A stretch of 64,000 bases of DNA from Nitrosopumilus sp. GTDB lineage: Archaea > Thermoproteota > Nitrososphaeria > Nitrososphaerales > Nitrosopumilaceae. The stretch lies in contig CBDBLO010000002.1 of the NCBI GenBank assembly GCA_965207075.1, forward strand, positions 384,001-448,000. Reading direction: 5' to 3'. Of the stretch, positions 7,745 through 17,669 are shown piece after piece (the stretch's first letter is position 1; each line of letters starts with the position of its first letter). The position numbers were made by a program, and so were the translations under genes. Below the pieces are notes generated by a model. It was not told the origin of the DNA and searched no databases. It worked only from the letters and a program-made list of their open reading frames with translations.

Positions 7745-9874
7745 ATGGAGTTAAAAAAAACAGTTACGCCGTCCCGGCCCGTGAAAAAAAACCACACCAA
7801 GGCCACTGAAAAACGCATGAGCTCCATATTCCGGTCCATGTCCAACATAAGCCGGCTCGAAATACTAAAGGTGCTGTACTCGAAGGGATCTACCTCGTAC
7901 ACCGACCTAAAGGCCCTCGCGGGGTTTGGATCCAAAAAGGAGAGCGGCAAGTTTGCATACCATTTGCGCGACTTGACGGCCCTGGCGCTCGTAGAGCGCA
8001 ACAAGTCCGAGCGCCGTTACAACATTACAAACCAGGGCAAGCTCGTGCTGGAGCTTGCCGGAAAGATAGAGGAGAACGCGTTCATGGAGAGCGGAAAACT
8101 GCAGGTGCGCTCGTCGTCCGCGTCCATTGACGAGTTCAAAAAGCACCGCATCGTCCAGTCGCTGGTCAAGGAGGGGAACATGCCCCATGAGCTGGCGGAG
8201 AAGATAACAAAAGAGGTGGAGAACAAGATCCACAAGTACGAGATATCGTACATCACGGGCTCTCTGATCAGGGACATGGTGAACTCCGTCTTGTTGGAGA
8301 CAAACAACGAAGAGTACCGCAACAAGCTGGTCCGCCTCGGCATGCCGCTGCACGACGTGCAGCAGATGCTGTATAATCTGGACGAGGTGGACGGCGGCAT
8401 GGAGAGCCTGATCAGCAGGGCCGGCCGCAACGTCTTCGTTGAGAATACCATGTTCGGCTCGCTGCAGAAGGACGTCGCCGACAGGCACATGGCAGGCACC
8501 ATCCACATATCAAATGTCGGCACGTGGTTTGCCCTGCCCGACGTGATATTTGTCAACATAAAGGATCTTCTTGACGGCGGCATGAACATCGGTGGCAAGC
8601 ACGCGTCGGCATCCCGCATTCAGAGGTTCGGCGGGCCGTCAGATGCAATGGCCTCCGTATGCATCATGCTGCACCTGCTATCCAGGGAGGCGTCCGAGGA
8701 GGTCGTCGTGTCGGGCCTGCCCCGGCTGCTTGCAAAGAGGTGCCCCGATGCAGGCGATGCCGAGATGGAGGCGGGACTGCTGTGGATGTTTGCCGTCTCC
8801 TCCGTCGTGCCCGCCCACACCAAGGAGGGTGGCAACATCACGTCCATACGGCTCAACATGGGGCACGACGACGCCCGGCTGGTAGACTGCATCATAAACG
8901 CCTACTCTAGGTACGTGAGGCTGACTCCCAGGCCCCGCATAGGGCTCATCATAGGCTATGACAAGGGCAGCATAGAGTCCGTCTCCAGCCGCCTGGCCGA
9001 CATCGTAATCGCCGGAGGGCGCGTACTGCTCACAAAGTCGCAGCAGGTCTCAAGCAGGGGCGTCTCAGGCGGCAGCCTCAACAAGACCGACTCCAAGATG
9101 TCGATGGCGCTCCAGTCGGTGTCCGTCAATCTGGCGGGACTGGCCTACGAGGTGGGCAGGGGCGACGCCGAGTACTTTATGGCCAGGCTGGTGCTGCTAC
9201 TAAAGCCCGTGGTGGACGCCATAATAACGCGCAAAAAGGAGCTGTTTGAGAACACGCGCCGCGGCCTCAACCCGCTCATTGCAAGAAACACGCAGTACAT
9301 GCAGTACGGCTATGCGTCGCTTACCATAAACCTGGTGGGCCTCCGCGAGGCGGTCTTTGAAGGCCTGGGGTTCGAGTACAACCGCAAGGGCAGGGAGACA
9401 GTCCAGAAGATAATCACGCATGCAGTTGATGCCGGAGCAAACGGGGCAAGGGAGGCCGGCGAGCGGGTGACCATATGCATCGCGGACGCGCCGGAGGCCG
9501 GCGAGCGCTTTGCCAGGCTCGACGGCAAAAAGTACGGCAAGCATGTCACGGGCCCGGGCCAGACGAGGCCCTACACGCAAGGGCTGGTGTTTGAGGTATC
9601 CGACATTGAAAAGTACACGAACAAGAGCCCCCCCATTACGCTGTCCAACAGGATGAGCCGCTCCCTCAACGCGGGACTCCAGGTCGTGCTGCGCATACCG
9701 GAGACGGAGACTAATCCCGACGTGGTACGGGAGGCGATCGAGAAGATGGCCACCCTGGTTCCGACGTTCTCCCCCTCAAAGGAGGTTATCGTGTGCGCCG
9801 AGTGCGGCTTCAAGGACAGGCCGTTTGACTCGAAGTGCCCCAAGTGCCAGACGCCGCGCCGCGTCCCGGTCTGA
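7745..9874 (+). CDS. ArsR-type wHTH + ATP-cone + class III RNR (NrdD)-like fusion, putative regulator
   Basis: N-terminal SRLEILKVL...SGKFAYHLRDL wHTH; ATP-cone (EFKKHRIVQSLVKE...LIRDMV); NrdD-like RHMAGTIHI, INLVGLREA and ERFARLD; terminal CxxC...CxxC; no glycyl-radical RxxGY motif. Confidence 0.8.
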   Translation: MELKKTVTPSRPVKKNHTKATEKRMSSIFRSMSNISRLEILKVLYSKGSTSYTDLKALAGFGSKKESGKFAYHLRDLTALALVERNKSERRYNITNQGKLVLELAGKIEENAFMESGKLQVRSSSASIDEFKKHRIVQSLVKEGNMPHELAEKITKEVENKIHKYEISYITGSLIRDMVNSVLLETNNEEYRNKLVRLGMPLHDVQQMLYNLDEVDGGMESLISRAGRNVFVENTMFGSLQKDVADRHMAGTIHISNVGTWFALPDVIFVNIKDLLDGGMNIGGKHASASRIQRFGGPSDAMASVCIMLHLLSREASEEVVVSGLPRLLAKRCPDAGDAEMEAGLLWMFAVSSVVPAHTKEGGNITSIRLNMGHDDARLVDCIINAYSRYVRLTPRPRIGLIIGYDKGSIESVSSRLADIVIAGGRVLLTKSQQVSSRGVSGGSLNKTDSKMSMALQSVSVNLAGLAYEVGRGDAEYFMARLVLLLKPVVDAIITRKKELFENTRRGLNPLIARNTQYMQYGYASLTINLVGLREAVFEGLGFEYNRKGRETVQKIITHAVDAGANGAREAGERVTICIADAPEAGERFARLDGKKYGKHVTGPGQTRPYTQGLVFEVSDIEKYTNKSPPITLSNRMSRSLNAGLQVVLRIPETETNPDVVREAIEKMATLVPTFSPSKEVIVCAECGFKDRPFDSKCPKCQTPRRVPV

Positions 9875-10168
9875 CGCCTCTCGGTATGCCGCCGCCCGAT
9901 CTCCCGTACACGCCATGGTCCATCCTGCCTGAAAAACGGCCGGCCGGCCAATATGCAGTGCCGCTTGCGTGCCGTGTTGCGATTATCGCAACACGCGGTC
10001 CGGCCTGCCCGATCCTGCCCGGGTTTGTTATATACAAACAGCCCCCTGTCCCTGCAATAATGTATCCATATTATGATATTCGCAGTCCGGCATGGCGCGA
10101 TCCGCGGTTGGCGCGATATTTTTGGCCAAACATTGTGGGGATTTTTGCCTAGACAATTAATATAGCAT

Positions 10169-12892
10169 ATGTTTTCAACCCTTTCGGGGAGTAGCAGTTT
10201 GGATAATTCACAAGTGGGTACCGGTATCAGTGTCATACGCAAGCGCAACGGGGAGATCACGGACTTTGACCAGAACAAGATCGCGAACGCCATATACATG
10301 GCGCTCGCCGCGACCTCGAAGCCGGACCGCGATCTTGCCGCCGCCCTGTCCGGGCACGTCGTCACAAAGCTGGCAGAGCAGGGCTTTACCAACGCCATGC
10401 CGCCCTCCGTGGAGGACATCCAGGACATGGTCGAGTCGACCCTGATCGACAAGGGATACAGCGAGATCGCAAAGGCGTACATCGTGTACCGGCACGAGAG
10501 GCGCAAGGTGCGCAACGAGAAGATGAAGGTGCTGAACCTAAAGACCCTTGATCCCGTCTCAAAGGATTTCGACATCAGCTGCCTGAGGGTGCTGGCGTCG
10601 CGCTATCTGTTTCGCAACAACAAAAACGAGATTGTCGAGACGCCCACGCAGATGTTCGAGCGGGTGGCCATCCTGGTCGGGCTCGGGGACATGCTGTATG
10701 ACTCGGAGCTGTTTGACAGGGCGGGCAGCTCGCACCAGGACGTGGCAGAGGCCGAGTCGTACCTGGACAAGCTGGACGCCTTTGACTGCAAGTTCAGGAT
10801 CGGGCAGTTCCATCTCAACAGGTGGCACTTTCGGGCTCTCATAAACCACTACGTGCACCTGGCAAGGAAGAACCAGATGAAGGCCAGCTTCAAGGAGCTG
10901 CTGACTATGCTGGCCGGCAAGAGGCTTGACGCGTACGCGGACAAGATCCAAGAGTACTACAACCTGATGGTGTCGCAGGACTTTCTGCCAAACTCGCCCA
11001 CCATGATGAACGCCGGCGGCCGGCTCGGGCAGCTGTCGGCGTGCTTTGTCCTTGGGATGGACGACGACATGGAGAACATAATGAAGTCGACGTCGGACGC
11101 CGCCATGATATTCAAGTCCGGCGGGGGCGTGGGCATAAACTACTCGGACCTGCGCCAGGAGGGCGACATAGTGGCGTCCACGTCCGGCGTGGCGTCCGGC
11201 CCCGTGTCCTTTATGAACATAATAAACACAGTAACGGAGGTGGTAAAGCAGGGCGGCAAGCGCCGCGGGGCCAACATGGGCATAATGGAGGTGTGGCATC
11301 CGGACATTGAGAAGTTCATCACAAACAAGACCGAGCCCGGCGTGCTGGAGAACTTCAACGTGTCAGTCGGGATATGGGAGGACTTTTGGGAGGCGCTGGT
11401 GAACGACTCGGAGGAGGGCGGGGCCGGCGGCGCCTACATGCTGCGCAGCCCCAAGACCAAAAAGCCCGTAAAGGAGGTGAGGGCGCACAACCTCATAGAT
11501 ATGATAGCCATGTCGGCGTGGAGGAGCGCCGAGCCGGGGCTGATATTCTTTGACCAGATAAACAAGTACAACGTGTTTGCAAAGGCGCGACAGGGGCCCC
11601 TGCGGGCGACGAACCCGTGCGGCGAGCAGAGCCTGTACCCGTACGAGTCGTGCAACTTGGGATCAATAAACCTGGCCAACCTGGTCAAAAAGCAGGCCGA
11701 CGGCTCGTACGAGTTTGACTGGCAGCGGTACGAGGAGGTGATCCGGAAGACCACCCGCTTCCTTGACAACGTGATTGACGTGAACCTGTATCCGGTGCCC
11801 GAGATCGACGAGGCCTCCAAGGAGTCTAGGCGCATCGGGCTCGGCGTGATGGGCGTGGCCGACCTGCTTTACAAGCTGCGCATACCGTACAACTCGCAGG
11901 AGGGATACGAGATGCAGTCTAGGCTGTCGGAGGCCCTCACGTACTATTCGATGGACGAGAGCGTGGCGCTTGCAAGGTCAAGGGGCGAGTTCCCGCTCTG
12001 CTCAAAGTCCGAGTATCCGGAGGGCCGGATACCCGTCGCCGCATATTATGAGATGCCCACGGGCCGTCACTCCTGCGAGTGGGACGCGCTCGTATCGAAC
12101 ATCAGGCAGTACGGCATACGCAACGTGCTGACCACCACGGTGGCTCCCACCGGCACGCTGTCGATGATTGCAAACTGCTCAAACGGCATGGAGCCCGCGT
12201 TCGCGCTGGTCTTTGAGAAGCGGGTGACGGTGGGCAAGTTCTTTTACACCAACGAGATTGTAAAGCGGGCCCTCATGGAGGAAGGGCTGTACTCTGACGA
12301 GATTATCGAGAAGATTGCCGACAATTACGGGTCGCTGCGCGGAATTCCGGAAATTCCACAGTGGATGCAGGACGTGTTTGTCACGGCGATGGACATACAC
12401 TGGGCCGACCACCTGATGGCTCAGTCCGTGTGGCAGAACTGGATCGGCAACGCGATCGCAAAGACGATAAACATGCCGTACGACGTCACCGCCGATGACG
12501 TAAAGGCCGCCTACCTGCTTGCGCACGAGATGGGACTCAAGGGAATCACCGTGTACAGGGACGGCTCGAGGCAAAAACAGGTGCTGCACATGACAAGCGA
12601 GAATGCGGAAAAGACCTTTGAGGTGAGGCCGAGTCGGTGGGTGATGGACTTTGTGCGCTCCAGTATAACCAACCGGTACATATCGGGACAGATCGACGCA
12701 GCGCTCGCGATAAAGCCACACGACCAGGAGATCGTCGCGTCTGGATCCGACCAAGACTCCGCCCAGCAGGCGCCCGGACACGGGGACATACCCGAGGAGC
12801 GGCTCTGTCCAACTTGCAAGAACGGGCTCGTGTTTGTAGAGGGGTGCTGCATCTGCATAGAATGCGGGTACAGCGGCTGCACGTCGGGTTGA
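10169..12892 (+). CDS. nrdJ: Adenosylcobalamin-dependent (class II) ribonucleotide reductase with ATP-cone
   Basis: ATP-cone VIRKRNG; PNSPTMMNAG, SACFV, KQGGKRRGANM, TNPCGEQ, SCNLGSINL, APTGT, KGITVYRDGSR; C-terminal Cys-rich tail. Confidence 0.96.
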   Translation: MFSTLSGSSSLDNSQVGTGISVIRKRNGEITDFDQNKIANAIYMALAATSKPDRDLAAALSGHVVTKLAEQGFTNAMPPSVEDIQDMVESTLIDKGYSEIAKAYIVYRHERRKVRNEKMKVLNLKTLDPVSKDFDISCLRVLASRYLFRNNKNEIVETPTQMFERVAILVGLGDMLYDSELFDRAGSSHQDVAEAESYLDKLDAFDCKFRIGQFHLNRWHFRALINHYVHLARKNQMKASFKELLTMLAGKRLDAYADKIQEYYNLMVSQDFLPNSPTMMNAGGRLGQLSACFVLGMDDDMENIMKSTSDAAMIFKSGGGVGINYSDLRQEGDIVASTSGVASGPVSFMNIINTVTEVVKQGGKRRGANMGIMEVWHPDIEKFITNKTEPGVLENFNVSVGIWEDFWEALVNDSEEGGAGGAYMLRSPKTKKPVKEVRAHNLIDMIAMSAWRSAEPGLIFFDQINKYNVFAKARQGPLRATNPCGEQSLYPYESCNLGSINLANLVKKQADGSYEFDWQRYEEVIRKTTRFLDNVIDVNLYPVPEIDEASKESRRIGLGVMGVADLLYKLRIPYNSQEGYEMQSRLSEALTYYSMDESVALARSRGEFPLCSKSEYPEGRIPVAAYYEMPTGRHSCEWDALVSNIRQYGIRNVLTTTVAPTGTLSMIANCSNGMEPAFALVFEKRVTVGKFFYTNEIVKRALMEEGLYSDEIIEKIADNYGSLRGIPEIPQWMQDVFVTAMDIHWADHLMAQSVWQNWIGNAIAKTINMPYDVTADDVKAAYLLAHEMGLKGITVYRDGSRQKQVLHMTSENAEKTFEVRPSRWVMDFVRSSITNRYISGQIDAALAIKPHDQEIVASGSDQDSAQQAPGHGDIPEERLCPTCKNGLVFVEGCCICIECGYSGCTSG

Positions 12893-13019
12893 ACACATAC
12901 GTCTGGCCGCCGCGGCTGCCGCAAGCGGCAGGAACATTTTCACTAGAGGCCGCCGCGGCTGCCGCCGGCATGCCGAGCGGCAACGGCGCTGCCTGCGCCG
13001 TTGCACGGGGGACGGCCGC

Positions 13020-13835
13020 ATGATATCGCTGGTTATTGCAGAATCGGCCTTGGAGATGGTGCCCCCTGACCTGTACGGGCACCCGGCAGTCAGGGCGCAT
13101 GCGCGCCGAACGCGCGGCGGGAAACGCCAGCACATGCTGCTTGACAACTCCTGGCACTATGCCGCCATGAAAGACATGCCGGATGCTGCAAGACGCGGCA
13201 GGCCCGACCTAGTGCATCTGGCGCTGGTTACGGCTACGTCGGCTCCCCTGTACCGACTGCGCCGCGCCCTCGAGGTGTACGTGCATACCGCGGATGGCTG
13301 CATGATCAGCCTAGGTCCGGGCGTGCGCATTCCAAAGTCATACCACAGGTTTGCCGGATTGGTCGAGACTCTGTATGAGACCGGCGTGATAGAGGCGACG
13401 ACTCGCGATAGTCATGCCAGCGGCGGTTCCAAAGACGCGAGTTGCCGTACCGACTGTGATGGTGACGATGACGACAGCAACGACACTGTGCATCACAGCG
13501 GCAAAGACGGAGCACCTGCACGGGAGGAGACCGTGCTGATGCGTCTTGAGCACAATCGCACCTTTGCCGATCTGGTGCGCGCCAAAAAGTTCTCAAAAGT
13601 GGTGGGGCTCTCCTCCCTCGGGACGCTTCCCGACTCGCCCCGCCCCTACGAGTACGTGGCGCAGAGCGTCCCGGACGCCGCCGCCATCGTGATAGGCGGT
13701 TTCCAAAAGGGGCATTTCTCAGACGGGGTAAGCGGGCACCTTGACGAGGTGTATGCAGTCGACACGTCGCCGCTAGAGGCCCATGTGGTGATCGCGCGCA
13801 TCCTGTACGAGTATGAAAAAAAGCCATTTATGTAA
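13020..13835 (+). CDS. nep1: Ribosomal RNA small subunit methyltransferase Nep1/Emg1
   Basis: LLDNSWHYAAM, RGRPDLVH, VRIPKSYHRFAGL, IGGFQKGHF; carries a low-complexity internal insertion. Confidence 0.92.
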   Translation: MISLVIAESALEMVPPDLYGHPAVRAHARRTRGGKRQHMLLDNSWHYAAMKDMPDAARRGRPDLVHLALVTATSAPLYRLRRALEVYVHTADGCMISLGPGVRIPKSYHRFAGLVETLYETGVIEATTRDSHASGGSKDASCRTDCDGDDDDSNDTVHHSGKDGAPAREETVLMRLEHNRTFADLVRAKKFSKVVGLSSLGTLPDSPRPYEYVAQSVPDAAAIVIGGFQKGHFSDGVSGHLDEVYAVDTSPLEAHVVIARILYEYEKKPFM

Positions 13836-13857
13836 GACGACTGCCTGCCTGCATGTC

Positions 13858-13934
13858 GCAGTCATCGTATAGCCTGGTTAGTATTCGGGGTTTCCAACCC
13901 CGTAACGCGGGTTCGAATCCCGCTGACTGCACCA
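13858..13934 (+). tRNA. tRNA-Gly(TCC), CCA encoded
   Basis: Acceptor stem GCAGTCA/TGACTGC, anticodon arm CGGGG-TTTCCAA-CCCCG, T-arm GCGGG-TTCGAAT-CCCGC, 3' ACCA. Confidence 0.97.
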
Positions 13935-14160
13935 CTTGTAGATCCCAATGCCTCGTTTCCACGCTGGCATCCGATGGCATGCAGATTGGGAGTAACTTGC
14001 GTCCTGCCTGCCTGATGGCCTGCTTGGACATCTCCCATGACGACCCTGAATTACAGACGCCCTGTGCCTGTAGCGGGTCGGCTGCAGTGCGGCACCATGC
14101 GCCGGAGGGTTCGGCCACTGCAGGCGCAAAGAATTTTTTGCGGCCGTACTTTGCACCGTC

Positions 14161-14490
14161 ATGGGCCGGAAAAACACGGTGCGCCGCAGGGCAGTCGTAT
14201 TGGAGCGCATGGAGATACTGATGGCAAGCGCCTCGTCAATAGCCGGCACTAACCCCGCCCTTGCATACAGGCAGGCGTCGGTCGCGCGCAGGCTGTGCTC
14301 GAGGCACCGCGTCCGCATGCCGTATCATCTCCGCATGATGTTCTGCCGCAGATGCAAGTCGCTTATCGTGCCCGGTGTCTCGTCGCGCGTAAGGATAGGG
14401 GGCTCTAACATTCGCTCCATAAGGACGACGTGCGGCTTCTGCGGGTTTGTATACCGCAAGATGCTGCCGTCCCCGCCGTCGTCATCCTGA
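14161..14490 (+). CDS. rnp4: Ribonuclease P protein component 4 (Rpp21)
   Basis: ERMEILM, FCRRCKSLIVPG..SRVRI, TCGFCG; typical position upstream of rps19e. Confidence 0.88.
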   Translation: MGRKNTVRRRAVVLERMEILMASASSIAGTNPALAYRQASVARRLCSRHRVRMPYHLRMMFCRRCKSLIVPGVSSRVRIGGSNIRSIRTTCGFCGFVYRKMLPSPPSSS

Positions 14491-14566
14491 CCCAGCCGCA
14501 GTCGCGCGGAAATGCCCCTCCACCACGTCCCGCCCGTGGTCCGGCCGGGCATGCTGGCTTCAAGGG

Positions 14567-14574
14567 TTTATAAA
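14567..14574 (+). promoter_or_regulatory. Putative TATA box for rps19e
   Basis: TTTATAAA ending 24 bp upstream of ATG 14598 in a GC-rich background, consistent with a leaderless archaeal transcript. Confidence 0.6.
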
Positions 14575-14597
14575 ACGACACCCAAGCTTTCTTCAAC

Positions 14598-15050
14598 ATG
14601 GCCAAGGTGTACGACGTGCCCGCCGACGTGTTGGTTGAGAGGCTCACTGAGATACTCCGAAAGGAGGGCGTCGAGGCGCCCGCATGGGTTCCGTTCGTAA
14701 AGACAGGCGCGCATGCCGACAAGCCCCCGCAGAACCGAGATTGGTGGCACGTCAGGTGCGCGTCCATACTGCGCAAGGTATACCTTCACGGCCCCATAGG
14801 GATTAACGGACTGCGTAGCGAGTACGGGGGAGGCAAGCCGTCCGGATACGGCGCGGCACATCACCGCTATGCAGGAGGTGCGATTATACGAAACGCGGTA
14901 CACGAGCTTGAAAAGCTTGGATACGTCCAAAAGTCGGGACGGCACGGCAGGGTTGTGTCAAAGACCGGCATGAAGAAGCTTGACGTGCTTGCAACGGAGA
15001 TACTGCACGAAATGTCGAAACAGGCGCCTCATCTAAAGATATATGCCTAG
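14598..15050 (+). CDS. rps19e: 30S ribosomal protein S19e
   Basis: [38 protein letters not shown]. Confidence 0.97.
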   Translation: MAKVYDVPADVLVERLTEILRKEGVEAPAWVPFVKTGAHADKPPQNRDWWHVRCASILRKVYLHGPIGINGLRSEYGGGKPSGYGAAHHRYAGGAIIRNAVHELEKLGYVQKSGRHGRVVSKTGMKKLDVLATEILHEMSKQAPHLKIYA

Positions 15051-15070
15051 ATCATGCCAGCGGATCTGAA

Positions 15071-15397
15071 ATGGGCTTTAGGGAACCTGACGAATTTGGC
15101 GGTGGGAATCCAAGCGGCAGCGCCGATGACAGCCGGGGCGCCGGCGCACCCGATGCCGGGGCCGAAATTGCAGCGCAGAAGGAGCAGCTGCTCAGGCAGA
15201 TACTGATGCCCGAGGCCAGGATGAGGCTCAACAACATCAGGATGGTAAAGCCGGAGCTTGCAGGCATGGTGGAGCAGCAGCTCATCGCCCTGGCCACCCA
15301 GGGACGCATACAGTCCAGACTCACCGACGAGCAGCTCCGGCAGATGCTCTCGTCAATACAGCAGCCCCGGCGTGATTTCAAGATAAACCGGATCTGA
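15071..15397 (+). CDS. PDCD5-like dsDNA-binding protein
   Basis: [33 protein letters not shown]; follows rps19e. Confidence 0.92.
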   Translation: MGFREPDEFGGGNPSGSADDSRGAGAPDAGAEIAAQKEQLLRQILMPEARMRLNNIRMVKPELAGMVEQQLIALATQGRIQSRLTDEQLRQMLSSIQQPRRDFKINRI

Positions 15398-15734
15398 CAT
15401 ACCCGTCTCCACCGCCGTTTTGCATGCGTGTTGAGTACGGATCCGGCCCCCGCCCGTGGGATCCGGGGATCAGGCCGCCATGGATGAGTTCTCAGGAGGC
15501 TGATCCACGCCATTGTACATGCCCGGGTTTGATGCCGCATGCGCAAAAGCCCGAGATCCGGCAGTTCTGGACATAGCCGCAGCCGGCCCGTGCATTCGTG
15601 TTAATAGTGCGGGCTCTGGCCCATTGAAAGGCATGCCTGCCGTCCTGCATCCTCGGATTCCGCAGGCAGGAGGCCCTCTAGTATGATATTAATATTTATG
15701 AATATTTATATTCAAACCTCTTGGCCCCCTGTAT

Positions 15735-17306
15735 ATGGGAATCTTTGAGCAGCGCACCAAAGTTCTCCAGATATCACTCATATCGATATTCTCGGCGTTC
15801 GTAGTCGAGCTCGTATTCGGGATAATCTCAAACAGCCTGGCCCTGATTACAGACAGCATCCACGCGCTCATGGACTCAGCCACCACCATAATCCTGCTGA
15901 TCGCCGCCCGGATCGCAATGAGGCCCGCCAACGTAGGGCACACATACGGGTACGGCAAGATGGAGCCGCTGGGCGGCTTTGTGGGCGGCATAGCGATACT
16001 GCTGCTTGCCTGCTTTTTCATATACGAGTCGGCCATACATCTGACAGGCCCCGCACCGGATGTACTGCCGAGCCTGATAGGGCTTGTCGGGGGACTGTAC
16101 ACGATCGGCATCGACTTTTTACGCATTGCGATACTGAGAAAGGCACTGCGGGGACTTGGGGGGCACACCCTGAGGGCCGACCTGTACCACGCCTTTATGG
16201 ATGCGGGTTCCACCATGGTGGCCATAATAGGAATCGTCTTGGCGTCCCTTGGTTTCTACCATATGGACTTTGTGGCGGCTCTCGTATTGGGCGTGTTGCT
16301 GGTGATAATCAGTGTGAAACTGATACACAAGACTGCGCTCGACCTGACGGACGCCATACCTCCAAAGCTCGTGTCGGACATCACGGAGATCGTGTTGGCA
16401 GTTCCGGGCGTGCTCCGGGTGGGCTATGTGTTCTTGCGCCGCTCAGGCGACACGCTGTTTGCCGACGTGCTTATCTCTGTGCGCGGCGACGCCAACTTTG
16501 ACTCGGTCTCCAGAATCAATCGCAGCGTTGAGACTGCAATAAAGGACCACGTTGTTGACAAGCCTGAGGACAGCGAGCACGACCATGAGCACGACCATGA
16601 GCACGACCATGAGCACGACCATGAGCACGACCATGAGCACGACCATGAGCACGACCATGAGCACGAGCACGACCATGGCCATGGCCACGACCATGAGCAC
16701 GAGCACAAGCACGGCATCCTGAGCTTTTTCGTGCACGACCATGATCACGGGAACGACCACATCAAGGACGCCCAGATAACAATACATGTCGAGCCCGACT
16801 GGGAGAACGTTCCCATTGACAACAGGCTCGTCGATATTGCAAACACGGTCGAGGGGGTAAAGGCAGCGCACAGCCCAAGCACGCACAAGATGGGCAAGAG
16901 TCTCTATGCGGACCTGCACGTCATGATAGACGGGAACCTAAAACTGAGAAACAGCTACAAGATCTCAAGGGCGATCAAGAAAAAGATCTCCGAGGAACTG
17001 CCGAGCGTCAAGGACGTGACGGCCAGACTCGAACCATTTGAGGAAGGCAAGTCTGACGATGCCGGGGAAAAGTCCATGGATGAGGAGGATCTAATCAGGG
17101 ACATCCTATTCCGTCACGATGCTGTCAAGGGCGTCGGCCGTATACTGTCCCTAAAGTTTGGCAACGTCTCAAAGATTGACATCGAATGCTCCTTTGACGG
17201 CAAGCTTACCATCGCAGAGTCGCACGATCTTCTCATCGACATAGAACACTCCGTTAGGAAGAAGATCAAGAACGCCATCGTGACCATACATCCGATTCCG
17301 GACTAG
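15735..17306 (+). CDS. Cation diffusion facilitator transporter with three C-terminal dimerisation-type domains and a His-rich insert
   Basis: SLALITDSIHALMD, HTYGYGKME, LRADLYHAFMD; repeated TIHVEP-type domain ends; (EHDH)n tract. Confidence 0.92.
   Translation: MGIFEQRTKVLQISLISIFSAFVVELVFGIISNSLALITDSIHALMDSATTIILLIAARIAMRPANVGHTYGYGKMEPLGGFVGGIAILLLACFFIYESAIHLTGPAPDVLPSLIGLVGGLYTIGIDFLRIAILRKALRGLGGHTLRADLYHAFMDAGSTMVAIIGIVLASLGFYHMDFVAALVLGVLLVIISVKLIHKTALDLTDAIPPKLVSDITEIVLAVPGVLRVGYVFLRRSGDTLFADVLISVRGDANFDSVSRINRSVETAIKDHVVDKPEDSEHDHEHDHEHDHEHDHEHDHEHDHEHDHEHEHDHGHGHDHEHEHKHGILSFFVHDHDHGNDHIKDAQITIHVEPDWENVPIDNRLVDIANTVEGVKAAHSPSTHKMGKSLYADLHVMIDGNLKLRNSYKISRAIKKKISEELPSVKDVTARLEPFEEGKSDDAGEKSMDEEDLIRDILFRHDAVKGVGRILSLKFGNVSKIDIECSFDGKLTIAESHDLLIDIEHSVRKKIKNAIVTIHPIPD
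16575..16712 (+). repeat. 12-bp tandem repeat gagcacgaccat (EHDH), about 7 exact copies plus degenerate copies
   Basis: Directly visible, in frame within the CDF gene. Confidence 0.95.
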
Positions 17307-17669
17307 ACTGCTGGCGTGGGGGCCCGTCCAATGGGCAACGTCAAGACGGCATGCGGCAGCAGGGTGCTCGTCTGGCACGCAGTCGGCCGCATCTATGAAA
17401 GGTGCTTGGCCGGCACACCTGCAGGATCAGATCACAATCCTTCCTTTTCCATCCTCTCTGCACCATGCGTATGGCAGGCTCAGAGGTAAGGATCCTACGC
17501 AGGGATCTCGGGGCTGAGTCGGATGAGAGTCATGGGGCATCAGGTGTAGGACTGCAACGGGCGACTAAGGAGTTCAGGGAAAATGGCGGGAACGCTCAGG
17601 CCACAACTCGCATGCGTGGCCCGTGCTCGACAGATAAACTATATTTATGGGATTTTTGCCGGTGTCGTT

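Noticed and set aside
9875-10168. Cobalamin riboswitch or NrdR boxes upstream of nrdJ
   Set aside because: No recognisable B12-box. Only weak NrdR-like similarity (CGCGATATTTTTGG, CCAAACATTGTGG), not enough to call by eye.
10169-12892. Intein in the ribonucleotide reductase
   Set aside because: No C/S…HN splice junctions or LAGLIDADG motifs; catalytic motifs are contiguous.
13858-13934. tRNA-Gly as the integration site of the island
   Set aside because: It is flanked by core genes, and I found no duplicated tRNA 3' end elsewhere in the window.
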